A stretch of DNA of 64,000 nucleotides from Psammoneis japonica (taxonomy: Eukaryota). Position 1 is the stretch's first letter; each line of letters opens with the position of its first letter. The position numbers and the translations under genes were made by a program. The stretch covers positions 62,001-126,000 of the forward strand of contig QPGO01000192.1 in NCBI GenBank assembly GCA_008632985.1, written 5' to 3'. This document shows positions 10,826 through 23,400 of this stretch, piece after piece. The notes beneath the pieces were generated by a model. The model did not search any database, was not told the origin of the DNA, and was given only the letters and a program-made list of their open reading frames with translations.

Positions 10826-13800
10826 TCACCACAGCATGTGGCAAGTCAGTTCTCGGAGCTTTGGTCCAGGCACAAGTTTGGTCAAGACATCCACTAGATT
10901 TGTGCGTCTGTCCTCCCAAGCAATCTGCACAACACCTGCAGTGCCTGTGCCTCACGCGTCCAGTGACAAGCAATGACACTGTGCTTCTTTTTGAAAGTTG
11001 ACTCTGGTCATGTCAAGTTCTTGAACACAGCCTCATTGTCACAGAAAACATTGGCAGGTCCCTTGACTGGGGTTCCTCCCATCATTCAAAGCTTGTGATG
11101 CAAGGCTTCAATTTGCTCCACCGCAGCTTTCATTGCAACAAATTCCAGCCAAACATGGATGACTCCATGGCATTCTGCCATTTGGAGCACCACAGAATTG
11201 GCGCCCATTGCATGAAGATGATGATCCCCATGTGGGATTGTTGCATCACACAACAACCAGCATGATCTGCATCAAAGAAGCGTGTGGCAGTGACACCATT
11301 GCTCCATGCCTCAGGGACATCCCTCGGGACAGCTTCAGCTGCCCCAGGACAATGTTCCAACCAGCCACACTTCTGAAAGGGAGATGGGTCAAAGGTGGGC
11401 TCAGTGTCATCAAACACCATGTCACAAACTTTGCATGTGCTTTCAGATGCGCAAAGATGTGAAGCACCTCATCCAAGTGACTGACCCTTGGTGCCGCCAG
11501 GTGCAAGGACATGAGGGACATGGCAACTGTCACATCAACCCGGCCCAATTCCACCATCCAGCACAAGACACTGGTGAGCCCCTCATGATGACTTGCCCTC
11601 TGGGCATCCAATTCAGAGAAATGTCAAGTTCTGGTCTGTGTCCCGAGCTCAATGGAGTTGAAGCCTTTGACCTGAGGCTTCAGCCTGCTTGGCCAAGCTT
11701 GAATTCAACATTGGCAGTTGCCCTCTTGACATGCAAGTCTGAGGACAATGCCCAATGTGTCTCACCATCTGAGTCAGACAGCTGGCATTTGCAGATCTGT
11801 GTGCCAAGGTGCTCTTCCAGTTCCTTGACACTTCCTTCCTCAAGCCCACAATGAGATGCCATGTGGTCCACAAACATCTGAGGGTCATGAGAGACTGCTG
11901 ACAAGTCATCAATGCAAACAAGTGCACATTCCCAGCACTTGAAGCCATCCAGCTTGACCGCCTTGTGCATCCACACATTGGGGTCTCCCTTGCTAGATTG
12001 GAAGCCCACCTTGCATGGGGTTGCCACCATGTGGTCTTGAAACCCAGCACCTGAGCTGTTGAGTCCATGTGGCACTGGCTGCTCCTCATTCTGCTTTCCA
12101 AATTCCAGACCAGCAGCAGCACAGCAGCATTCCTTGGTCTTGGCATTTAAATGCACATTCTGGACATCTGCTGCACACATGACATCCAAATTGTTCAAAG
12201 CCACGATCGCAAAGGCTGTCCTGACACCATCATGTGTCACAATGCCAGAGCAAGTTGACTCTTTGGGCGGCTCCATCTGATGACCTCCAGCTGCACAGCA
12301 GGCTTTCCTGGTCAAGTCGGTCTTGATGTCAAATGCCATGTGCTGGCACTTGATGTGTTTGAACCTGACTGGGATGGAGTCATCATCTGAGAATTTGAGC
12401 GCAGGGATGAGGTTCTTCATCTCTTTCTTGACTGCCTTCATCCAAAGGTCTGGCCTGTTTTCTGGTCAATGGCCAGAGCTTGCTGCACAGTCTTTGGGAG
12501 TTCAATCCCAAACTTGAGGGTGCACTTCCAGCACCTGGTCTTGACCTTCATGACCATCCTGGCATGTCGACATGACACGACATGCACCCACCAGTTAAAG
12601 GCTGGTTCACTTGCAATCTTGTTTGAGACCACACATTCAGCCACCTGTGTGGGAAAGGATTCCTTCACCTTGGCCAGTGGCATCCAGTCCATGGTGCTGT
12701 CCTTCTGCTCCACTTGCAGGTCCCATCCAAAAGTCATTCGTCTGGGCCTGCGAGTGCTGTTGAAGGTGGCGAAGCAGCCATCATCCATCTTGATGGCTCG
12801 TGCATCACTTCAATGACCTGTTCTTGTCACCTTGACAATTTGGCAAGTCCTGTCTTTGTCATCAATCTGAGAAAAGATGTTCTCAGCCACAGTGTTGGCT
12901 GCAAAGGCATCTGTGGATCCATCCGGGAACTCCGCTTCACACAACCTGGAATCCAACATGGGATTGGAACTCCCAGCCGCAATCGGCACTCTGTCTGAAT
13001 CTTGTTTGCAACTCTTGACCTTCACATGTTTTAGCTCCCCACCCCTTGGAAGCATTGTCTCAGCTGTGATGCATTCATCCATCTCCTTGGGTGTCTGTTC
13101 ATCTGCCTTGATGCAAGACAAGTCCGGTTCAAATGGTTCTCCATTCTCACGCCATCCTCAAAGAGATCGTCAGGAGGACTTGGGAGCATGGCATCATCCC
13201 TGTCCTTGTCCTCACCCAGCTTGAGGGAGAGCACCGCGTCCACAAGCTCCAAGCAATTCCGCTTTGCGTTGATGTTTAAGAGTCATCCTTGGCAAGAGCC
13301 CACACATCCTTGTGAATGATGGGTCCACCTGACTCAGGCAGGATTGCAAACGCCATGTCATCTGCACAGCTTTCTGCAACATCTGACCAGCACCCGATGC
13401 ACTTCCTCCTTTCAAAGGGAAATTCTGCCACAGGCATCATAAAGTGCACTGGCTGGTGCCAGTCAAAGAGGGCATGAGCTGAGACGTCTGGCGTCAAACC
13501 CATGACATCCTCTTTTCTGGGACCCTGCCATGTGTTTCTGGATGATCAGAGGCATTGAGCCTCCCAGCTGCCATTGCCCAGCACTTGGCACAGCAGGACC
13601 AACAGTGTCTGGGCGCATTCGTGCGCCGCACCACAACTCTGACCTTCCTTTTGAGTTCTCGAACAGAAGCTTTGACCAAGTTCTGCCATGGACTGCAAGG
13701 TCCAGTTGTGCCTTGCTTGATCTTATGCTCCTTCACAATTTCCTCAGTGTGCCCATCAGGGGAATTCCTGCATCATGGATGAATGACATCATTGCATCTG

Positions 13801-16795
13801 GATGATCCACCTTTGAGTTCCAGGGGCAAAAGTGATCACAACCTTTTTCATTCATGAAAATTGATCCACCAAAATGTCCCCGTGAGAATTGACTTGACCT
13901 TAGAAAACATCTGGTCAGTGTAAAACCTGTCCTTCACACCAGGGAACTCAAGCCAAGGAGCCTTCTTTTGCACCTTTGTTTTGGACAGTGCGCAGACGTT
14001 CCTGACTCCAGCTTCAGTGATCACCTTCAAGGTGTTTTTTGTGGCAGTTGGGCCCATGCCCCATCTCCTGGATAAAATCTCGGGAGTCAGTGTGGACTTG
14101 CTCTTAGAAGTGGGTGGTGCAAACATGCACACACGCTCTTTGCCATCATTGTGCTCATCATTTTTGCATTTGTTGTGTGGCCCGCCCCCTTTCACATCAA
14201 GGTGGGAAACAGTTGCCACAGATGCCATGCGTTTGTGCAATGCAGAGCCGTTGCCAGCAGCGGCGATCTCTTCCGGGCAGTCAAACCCATCACTGTGCAG
14301 CCGGATTGCAGAAAAGCATTGTGCCTCATTCGTCCACCCATGCTCCCCCTTTGGGCCAAGCCCCAAGGATTGAGATGAACCAGCAATGGTGTTGAACTTT
14401 GACTCAACAACATCTTCCTGCTGGGGAAACAGGTCTGATTGTGGGCTCCATTGCATGGTTGATGTCAGCTCTAGATGTGGCAGTTCCTCCAGGTCTTTGT
14501 CAGTGGGTTTGCAGTTTCAAAACCAGACATGATCCCTTTCAGTCAGAGTGGGTTTGGACATTTGAAGTCTGGGAATGACATGGAGTGGGAGCTTGTGCTC
14601 TCAAATTGTTTTGGGGTGTCATCCACAGTTGGGTCATTGGCGCGCAATTGGCTGGGACACATCAGCAAATTTTTTGCATGGTCCCCAAAACACATGTGGC
14701 CTCATGTCTGATCAGCAGGTGTGGTTGACCTGTGGATGGGTCAGTCCAAGCAGTGGCAACTGATTGGATTGGGACATTGCGGGGCTGGTTTGTTGCACTT
14801 GTCTGAGCATGGTCACATGGCAACAGTGTGACTTGGGTCCAAGAAAGGTGCACAGGCTGAGCCAGCAATGCATGTGTCCATGTGCAAGTCAAGCTCACTG
14901 CACAATGTCTCATAAAAAGATCCAGCAGCAACTGGAGCTGAGGCACACATCAGCGCGCTGGCAAAGGACATTGATGTGAAACCAATGGGAGTGGTGCCGA
15001 CAGCATTGCCAGATGAGTCAGATGAGTTTGGGCTGTCATTGTCATCAGATTGCACTGCAAGAGTCCTCTTGCTCATTGGTGCAACCAACCACTCCTGTCT
15101 GGATTGCTCCTTCAAAGGTTTGCATTCAATCATGCCCTGCTCAACCAAAGGTTTGGGCTTGTGGACCACCCTTCTGAACAGCTGCCTTCACACCCTGCTC
15201 CTTGGGTGCAGGTTTGCCATCAGCAACAGGCTTGTCAGGCTCAGGAGGGTTGCTGGTGGAGACCTTGCTGACTTTCCTGGTGGCACTGTCCTCCTCCTCG
15301 GTGTCAAGGGCTGCAGCCTTGCACTTCCATTTGGCCTTCTCCTTCTTCTTTTTTTGCAAAGCTCGTTGACCTTAGCATGTTCTTCTGGCTCAAAGGCAAG
15401 CCATTCCTCCTTGGGATGGTGACCAGCCCCAATCCTGGGCTTGTCCTGCTTCTTTTTTCTTTGAGGGTTGCCCCTCTTCTTGGGGTCCATTTCGCATTCG
15501 TTCCAAACTGCACCAATGTGGTGCACTGTCACTCCAAGTGGTTCTTGGAATTTTCCGCCAAGGTCTTCATGTGCTTCTGGCAGAGCTCAAAGCTAGAGAG
15601 CTTGGCGTCATCACCATCCACAACTCTCTTGCCAGTTTCCAATCGGGGGTCAGCAATCCCCTTCAGGAAGTCGGAGACCTTCTTGGTCTCAGCCACCAGC
15701 TCTCCCATGTCAAGGAGGTCATCATGAGCCCTCTGGCCTCTGGTGTTGTTGGACACACCAGCTGAAGGTGCAGCAACCTTGTCCAGTGCACTTTGTGGCA
15801 GCCATCTGAGCATGCATGCAATTCTTCCAAGCAGCAGTGGCAGAAAGGCGTCGCGACCATTCTGGGCACAGTTGAGTGGTTTGACAAAGGCCCACCTGGG
15901 TCCTTTAACAATGAGCTCCTTAAGCCCATCATGTGTGCATTGATCATCTGTCATGCATGCTTGTCTGTTGTGCTTGGCCGTTGCAATCAAGTCCTTGTCA
16001 ATGGCATCACAGTCAGCTGCACAGATCTCATCAGTGACACCCGACACTTCGCGAACGATGCACAGCAGCAGCACCCCAGTCACAGCATTGTGGTGGTGAT
16101 GCAACTCTGTCTGGAACAATTCCTCCCACTTGACAAAGTCATGAACCTGGGAAAGAGGTGTGGCCTTGGGAGTGTCGTCCTGCTGCTCCTGGTTGTCCTC
16201 CTGCTCCTGCCTGCGAACATCGTCAAACTCAGCAAGACGGTCCGTCCAAGTCTTGACAATGTGCCCCCAGCAAACATTTGGGCCTGCAGCTTTCCCTCCC
16301 CCCTTGCTTTCCTGTGGCACAACCACGCATGCAGGGCCTTGAACTTCCCAACCGAGAGACATGGGAAATTGACGTCATCATTGTTGGAACTGTCCTTCCT
16401 GAGTTCTTTGATCATTTTTCATCAATCTCAGATGACAGCGGCACTTGGTGCAAATCGGCGGTGGCAGTGAAACCTTGGGTGCTGCACAAACCCTGGTGCA
16501 TTTCCTGCACAGTTTTAAAGAGTTGCCTCTGGAGGGCCACAGCTGGAGAGAGACAGATCGCGGAAGCCAAGCAAATCCTTGGTGGATGGGACAACCCCCC
16601 ACTTGCTCGTGCAGAGACGGGGGAGAGGCACGAGGCACAGACCACGGCTGCGCCGAAATTTCTGGCTGTCACGTTGTGTTGTGTAGTCCACCTGCATGTG
16701 TTGTGTGAAGGGCCAGACGAAGTGCAAACTCTAGAGCAGATTCCACTCTAGCAGCTAGAGTCCTGCCCAACGCGAGCACAACATCACGTCGAACA
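10826..16795 (-). mobile_element. Ty1/Copia (CoDi-type) LTR retrotransposon, heavily mutated gag-PR-IN-RT-RNaseH
   Basis: Minus-strand order: gag-like (16362-15529); PR 'ELDLHMDTCIAG' (~14890); IN 'YTDQMFSKVKS' and 'GPCSPWQNL..RELKR' (13930-13640); RT 'DVQNVHLNA' and 'VCIDDL' (CIDD at 11905-11916); RNaseH 'DADHAG..SHMGII..ILWCSKWQN' and 'KKKHSVIACH..RE'; stop at 10826-10828. No LTR pair identified; the 16795 boundary is tentative. Confidence 0.92.
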
Positions 16796-16897
16796 AGCTT
16801 CATCTGGAAACTGGCGCCGCGCGAAGCGGTTCCGTCTGGACTTCGTCAGGGTGCTGCAAAAAACACTTTTTGGAAAACATAAAAAAAAACGCACACC

Positions 16898-18270
16898 ATG
16901 ACGAGCGCCGTCGACGCGTCGTCTTGCAGCTCCACTGAAATGACGCTTGCAGCTCTCACACATGACACACATGATCCAAGAGTGTTCAAGTGACTGTTGA
17001 ACTTCCAAGATTGTTGAGAGATGGCACCGTCATCCAATGGTGCACAGTTGAATGGGGTCACCCGATGCGACGCACCAAATGCTGTTCCATCGTACAATCG
17101 CACCAAAGAGAGGCAAACAATGCTGATTGATGCCACAGACACCTTGTCAATCGTTGCTGTGCTCAAGTTGGAATGTGATGGAGGCGCAACACCACGCCAT
17201 GTGGCTGGTTGTGACACGAGTTGGCGCACCGTTTTCAAGAAGGTTCAAAGTTTTGTTGAGACGGATGCCGCCAAGCAGAAGCTGGAGAAAAAACACTGGA
17301 GTGAGATGCCGCGATGGGAGAAAAACACACATGAGCAACAACTTTGTATTTTGATGGATCAAAAGGCTGCAATTGAAGTCAAGCTTGCTCCAGTTGACAA
17401 CGGAGCTACGGCATTGCCGCGAGCAGTTTCACCCATGCCGGGTGCCACTTCGGAACAAACCACACGTGTTGGAGGAAGTCAATTGGCTAGAGAGTCGCCA
17501 CAAGAACCTTCTTTGAATGACACTCCACCCAATGAAAAGCTCACATCACCCACTTCATCGGAATCATCCAGAAATTTTTTTAGAGGCACTGCGAACAAGA
17601 AGCGTCGCATCACACCCCCAGCGCCAGATTCCGAAGAGCAGGCAAGTGCCGCCGCCGATGATGGTGTGGTGCAAGTTTCAATCTGAAGGCCACATCACTT
17701 CTTTCTCCAGAAGAGGAGCGCATGGCACCAGCAAAAAAGGCTGAGAATGTGAAAAAATCAACCGTCAAACCGCACCCAGTTGGAACGAATGCTGCCACGC
17801 TGTGTCAACAGGCAGACAGACACGTCATTGAATCGATCCACGGATTGTTGAGGAAAGTGAGGACTGCCATTGACACTTCACATTGTCCAGATCAGCTTGA
17901 TGATGAGCCTTGTGTGCACACTGCATGCTTGGTGCTGAATGAAATTGAACCAACCGACATTGACAGTGGACGATGCAATCCCGCTGACCTTCCGGCAAAG
18001 AAACCTGAGTTGTTGGCACTGACGCATTCGAAGCATGACACAAAGCCAGTCATGACAGCATTCAAGACAGTCACTGGGAGTGAAAGCCAGTGCAATGACT
18101 CTTTTCATTTTCACCCACCAGTTGCGGGTGAAGACGGTTTGGTTTCGCCTGCCATCGAAGACTGCATTGAATCTTTCAAGAAGAGTCATGCGAAACCGTC
18201 CAAAACGCCTGGAGACTGCTCTGAAGTTGTCGAAGAGCTGCGGCTAGACTGTGTGACTAGTCTGTGCTAG
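16898..18270 (+). pseudogene. Element ORF A, unknown protein, probable intron 17664-17710
   Basis: ATG 16898 is in frame with ORF 17021..17686 across two TGA codons (likely former CGA); a 47-nt GT..TTTCTCCAG intron joins it in frame to ORF 17722..18270. Confidence 0.55.
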
Positions 18271-18339
18271 CCACTGCTTTACGCACACCACATGTGAAGA
18301 ACATTTCAACAAACAAAGCATCACACCACTGACTTAGAA

Positions 18340-19806
18340 TCAAAACCATGCTGGAGACTGAGAAAATCCCGTCAATCCATGCACAGTGGATTGATTGGAC
18401 TGAACAGAGAAAGCTGCTGAACTCTCTCGGGATGCAGGCGAGGGTGGCACAGCCGCAGCATGATCAGCAGTTTGCCGCTTGCGTGTGATCGCATGCTTGC
18501 GAGCAAATTTAGATCGGACACATTCATTTGCGGATGGGATGTCTTGGTCAATCTCTGCTTTCAGTCTTGCTTCGAATTTGGCAAATTCGCCAGCTCTCTC
18601 CGACTGTCGTTTCGCCTTAAACTCCTCCTTTCGAGACTCCGGCCATTCTGGATCCATCTTGCGCATTGCTTGCCTCACCAAAACAATTCTGTGGACTTTT
18701 GGGGGCTTGTTCAAACCCCCTTTGACAGGTTTCGGGTGCGCCGCCACAATTCCTTGCCACTCCGACGGCTCAAGCTTTGCTGCCAGATGTGCTGGCTCCT
18801 TGTCAAGCTCTGGCACTGTGCAGACAAATTGCTTCATCAAGAAGCTGCAGTCCTCTGAGCAGCATCGCTTCAGCTCATCCTTGAGTGCTGTGTCCTTCTT
18901 GCCTGCTTCTGGCGGCATCAGTGAAAGATCAACTCCGTCTTCACCTGTCTCTGGACGTGCACAATCAGATGGATCGCCATTTGCAATGAATTTCTCAAAG
19001 TGGTCCACGAATCGTGCAGGCATGCCATCGTCCAGCATTTCTCCACACCCAAGAGCATGGAGACATCTGAGGAGAATGAACTCCTGATTGCATGCAAGCT
19101 TTGTTAAAGTTGACCGATTCAACAGCTCTAATGAATCAAACTTTTTCGTCGGGCAAAGGGTGATCAGGATGGTGTGAAAAAACTTGAAGATTTTCTCGAG
19201 CGCTTCTTTCATTTCGCTCGTCCAATCATCCTGCGAGCAAGTGGGTAGAGCCATTGAAACAACCGCAACATCACCATCCTCTTTGCATCCAGCAAAGGTC
19301 AGTGAAGAATAATCCTGAATCCTTGATGACGCGATGTGAGTGTTGTCTCCGAAGAGTTGGTCCAGTGTTTCCTTGTTTCAGATGAAATGATGCACCGGAT
19401 CCATCTTGGAATTGAAAGGAGTGATTTTGTGACAGCTGGGTTGTTGAATTGGTTTGACAGTGCCATTGTGACGTTCAAAACGGACTGCATGTATTGCACG
19501 TTCCGTTGTTTGGCTGTTGCATGCCCCGCAGCACAGCGTTGCGTCACAACCTCTCAGTGCGACAGTGCTGCCGAAGCAACTGATGCATGTTGCACATTTG
19601 TCAGCACAACCCAGCTCATGATGGCTTTCAATTGAAGCACATGTTGCATTCTCACAACATGCACACGTCTTCTCTGACGAATAAAGCGATCCGAGCTCAC
19701 ATTCGACAGTCACCGCGTTTGACCGAGACGAACCACCGCACACTCTCCGAGCTCTTTTCTTTGCTGACAGTGACATCCTGTGAAAAATTTGAAGATGCAG
19801 CATCAC
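18340..19806 (-). pseudogene. Element ORF B, possible transposase remnant
   Basis: ORFs 19378..19806 and 18340..19254 are one frame interrupted only by TGA at 19378-19380 (likely CGA); contains 'NSQTTERAI', reminiscent of the S/T-x-x-x-ER motif around the catalytic Glu of DDE transposases. Confidence 0.5.
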
Positions 19807-20028
19807 TTGAGTGTAGAAGAAGAAACGGTTCCTTTAGTATGACTGTGATAAGCCTTGTAGTTATTGTGAAATAAACGTCCGCAAGACGGCTCTCGTCATG
19901 GCGTGCGTTTTTTTGATGTTTTTCAAAAAGTGCTTTTTTGCTTTTTGCAGTACCCCGACGAAGTCCAGACGGAACCGCTGCGCGCGGCGCGCGCTAGTTT
20001 CCAGATGAAGCTGATAGGCCTTATCATA

Positions 20029-20334
20029 CTACAAATTGCAAGACAATTGCGCGATTCACGTGCCCGAAGGTGGAATATCGTTGCCCGAAGCAACATTCTC
20101 CCTTCGCGCAGATGTCATTTCTACGTATGATGTGGTATCAAAATTTTCATTTTGGTCGTCTAAATCGTCCCAGTCATTTCATCAAATGACCTTGTGGTAC
20201 TCTCCTACGTGATCTACGCAAATCGGAGCTTCGGGCTGGCTGGTACATTTTCTACAGGCTCTACGTGCGCGAAGCTCGAATTCAACAATCACCCTTCGGG
20301 CACGTGAATCGCGCAATTGTCTTGCAATTCGTAG
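20029..20334. mobile_element. MITE with ~42-bp TIRs and TA TSD (Tc1/mariner-like)
   Basis: CTAC(A/G)AATTGCAAGACAATTGCGCGATTCACGTGCCCGAAGG at the left end and inverted at the right end; TA at 20027-28 and 20335-36. Confidence 0.8.
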
Positions 20335-20421
20335 TACGACGTGTTGATTGAACAGCCAGAACAAAAAGCAAAGCGAGTCGTCCACAACGTTGGGCAACAA
20401 AAAAATTCTCCCATCAAAACC

Positions 20422-23400
20422 ATGAATGAAAATTTTGGCCCAGTCACGCCACAACGGGCCAACGGTCGGCCGATAAACGCGGTCAGTGGACACAAGCGAA
20501 ATGCTGAAGCAGCGATACTCGATGATGCGCAGCTGTGTGCTTCTCCCGGTGCTCAGCCTCGCAGTCCTGGCATGACGGATCTCATTCATTATGAAAGAAA
20601 GAGATCACAAGACGAAGCAACGAACGCTGCTCCTCATTTTGAGTCCGACAGTAGTAGTGCTCGTCGTGAATCCGGGTTTTCGGGGGGAGTTGACGAAGCG
20701 TCGAGCGTTCAAAGAGACAGTGTCGATGGGGTCGCGTTGACTGAGGAATTTTCGACGCCGCTTGTTGGGAAACACGGCCACTATTGGTGGACGAGGTACC
20801 GTGCAGTATTGAACGCGGATAATTGGAGCAAACTCGCAAATGAGTTGAAGGTCACGCCCCATATGAGGGACGTCGTGGTGCCGGAGCCACCTCCTTTTAT
20901 TGAAGAGAGAGCTACAATCGACGAGGTTCCGTTGCCGGGGGCAGCTGTGAATGAAAGTTTTGACGAAGATGCGCTGCTTACTACTGACAATCTCAGTTCT
21001 GACGACAAAGTTTTCTACGATTCTCTACCGAATGAAGAGATGAAGAATTACTACCTGCGCGGCAAGCTGCGAGCGACGATTGAAGAGCGAAAAGCTGAGA
21101 TTGCAGAGCGAAAAGCTGAGATTGCAGAGCGAAAAGCTGAGATTGCAGAGCATCAAAGGAAGGTTGCAGAGCGAAAAGCTGAGCGAGAGTTGCACCAAAG
21201 GAAGATTGAGAAGCACCTCGTTGAAATCACGGTGGTAGCAACTAGTGTTGAGACGTCGCTACTTGCATTGTCATCCCTTTCACAAGCCGAAGGGACAGTG
21301 GCCAGAGATACAAAGGATGCAGAAGAAACACTCAAGAAACGGAGAATGAAGGAAAGTCAAGCTGAGGAGTTTGTGAAGGATGCTGACCCAATCGTACAGG
21401 AGCCAGCATCGCTCTCCGAAACGTACAATTCGGTTTTGGAAAATGAAAGAGAGTTCTCAAGCACTTTTGACCGAGAATCATTGAAGCACTTTGATGACGA
21501 AAAACAAAACCCGCTGCTTCGACTGAGCAATGCTTATGCTGCGGCTGTAAAGTCGACTGCGAATTTCACGAAACGACAGGAGTTACATGGCGATTTGGAA
21601 GGATACAAGATGCGCATTGAGAAGACTGTCAACAAGCTGCAGACTGAATTCAAAAAAGCAAGAGAAAATTCTGAACATGATCCTTCCTTCGAAGCGGATC
21701 TCGTGTTCCCTGGTCCAACCAGCCAAGAAGTTCATGGCGTCCAGCCAGTTTTCAAAGCGCTCCTCGAAGCCATCGGTGACTGTTGTCAAGTGGCATATGA
21801 TGGTAAGACGCATCCGTCCTCGCCACCGAACATTGGTGTATCGGAACAAAAGGAGTTGTATGGAAATGAGAAGCGACGAGGGCGTCGCTGTGATATTGCG
21901 GTTTGGAAACGTGGGAGACACGTTGTTGCACTGCTGGATGGTTTCATGGAGGTGACGTTCGAGATCAAGCCGGGACAGCGCATTGACAAGACAGTGCTAG
22001 ACATGCTGTGCGAAGGAAAATTCCAGGGTCTCAGCCACGTAGCTAAGGCGCTACTACATTGCTTGCGCTTCGCGGATGGTGCAGGTGTTCCGTCGCATGC
22101 AACGTCCATAACTGGTTCGCTAAGTCACGTCGAGATCATCCAACTCTGTGTAGTTGATCCAGGGAAACCAACCTCTCGCGTCGAGTTACGCTCATCCGGA
22201 CCATTGCCACTTTTGCCAAAAGATTGTTTTCGCAAATGGTTTGATTCAGACAATTCGCGGCACTCAGAGGCCGTTGACACCATGGCGAACCTTTTGTACG
22301 GAAAGGACGACAACGGCATGGACGAGAAAGGTATTCCACTTGGCATCAAGGGTCTCTATACAATGATGATGTGCCCTCGTCGTGAGCTCATTGGTCCCAA
22401 TTGGGAAAAAGTCTCGGGTTCGCTTGGCGAACTACTTGGTGTCGGTACGTTTGGCATGGTTTTTGCTGTCAACGGAAGTGATGATGCTGTAGTCAAATTG
22501 TCCAAGACCTCCCTGTCTCGCTACATCAAACGGGAAGCCGCAATTTTGAAGCTGTTATCGTCATGTGACGATAGACCAAATAGTGTAGGGCTACCTCACT
22601 TCATTGCATGTGGGCTAATGGAGGTAAATGTTGGGGGCGTGGCGTTTCAGTTACCCGCACTTGCAATGCAACCACGGTGTCAAAACATCTACAGTGTGTG
22701 CTCCGGTTGGTCAGACGAAAAGCGCTTTAGTGTCCTGAAGAAAATCCATAATGGCATTTTGAGTGCTCTGTGCTTTATCCACAAGCAGCATAATATTTGC
22801 CACCGTGACGTCAATGACACAAACATACTTTTGCGTTATCACACGGAGACTGATGAATGGAGTGCTGTACTGATTGACTTCAGCGTTGCCGGCCCGATGT
22901 ACGAGAATGTCAAGGGCTTTGTAGGCACTCCGACGTTCACTCATCGTGAAGTGCATAAGAATTCCGAATGGATATCTGCCCCACAGTATGACGATACAAA
23001 CCTTGGTTTCACATTAGTTGTGATTCTTGAGGGTGGCGTCGTTCCTTGGAAGGGTTTGAGTGACAAGGGCCCACAGAAGGGCACTGATGTGTATGATAAG
23101 CGAATTGAACAGGCGAACCTTTGTTTACGGGAGAATGTACAGAACAAGAAACTGGACGCCGATCTAGCGAAGTGCATCAAGGATCTGTTCCTGAAGGATA
23201 AGGAAAAGTTTCGAAGTGCTTGTGGCTGCAAAAAAACACAATGCAGAGGCGGCCGTTGCAGTTGCAGTAATACCGAAAACGGTAGCTCCATTTTGTGCGC
23301 ATGTTGTTATGACAAGCAAAAGGCGGCTTTCTCCTGTTTAGGCAAGCACAATGGTCCGCAGAAGGGGAGCGTCGACGACGTCAAGTTTGATGCCCCTATC

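Larger units (their letters stand above)
16796..20012. mobile_element. TIR DNA transposon (~120-bp TIRs) with two convergent degenerate ORFs
   Basis: AGCTTCATCTGGAAACT(G/A)GCGC...GGTTCCGTCTGGACTTCGTC at 16796 and as reverse complement ending at 20012; inward ATGs inside both TIRs (16898 on +, 19899 on -); no TSD found. Confidence 0.85.

Noticed and set aside
10350..10826. 3' LTR of the Copia element
   Set aside because: No direct repeat of the 16650-16795 region found; only a PPT-like AAGGGGAC on the minus strand near 10660.
11246..12441. Alternative genetic code or recoding as explanation of Tyr->Cys/His
   Set aside because: The same change occurs in non-coding TIRs and in all frames, and neighbouring genes use Tyr and TAA/TAG normally.
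10826..16795. Classical fungal RIP or CpG methylation alone
   Set aside because: These C->T processes cannot remove TpA (RIP increases it); CpG decay is present but is a separate layer.
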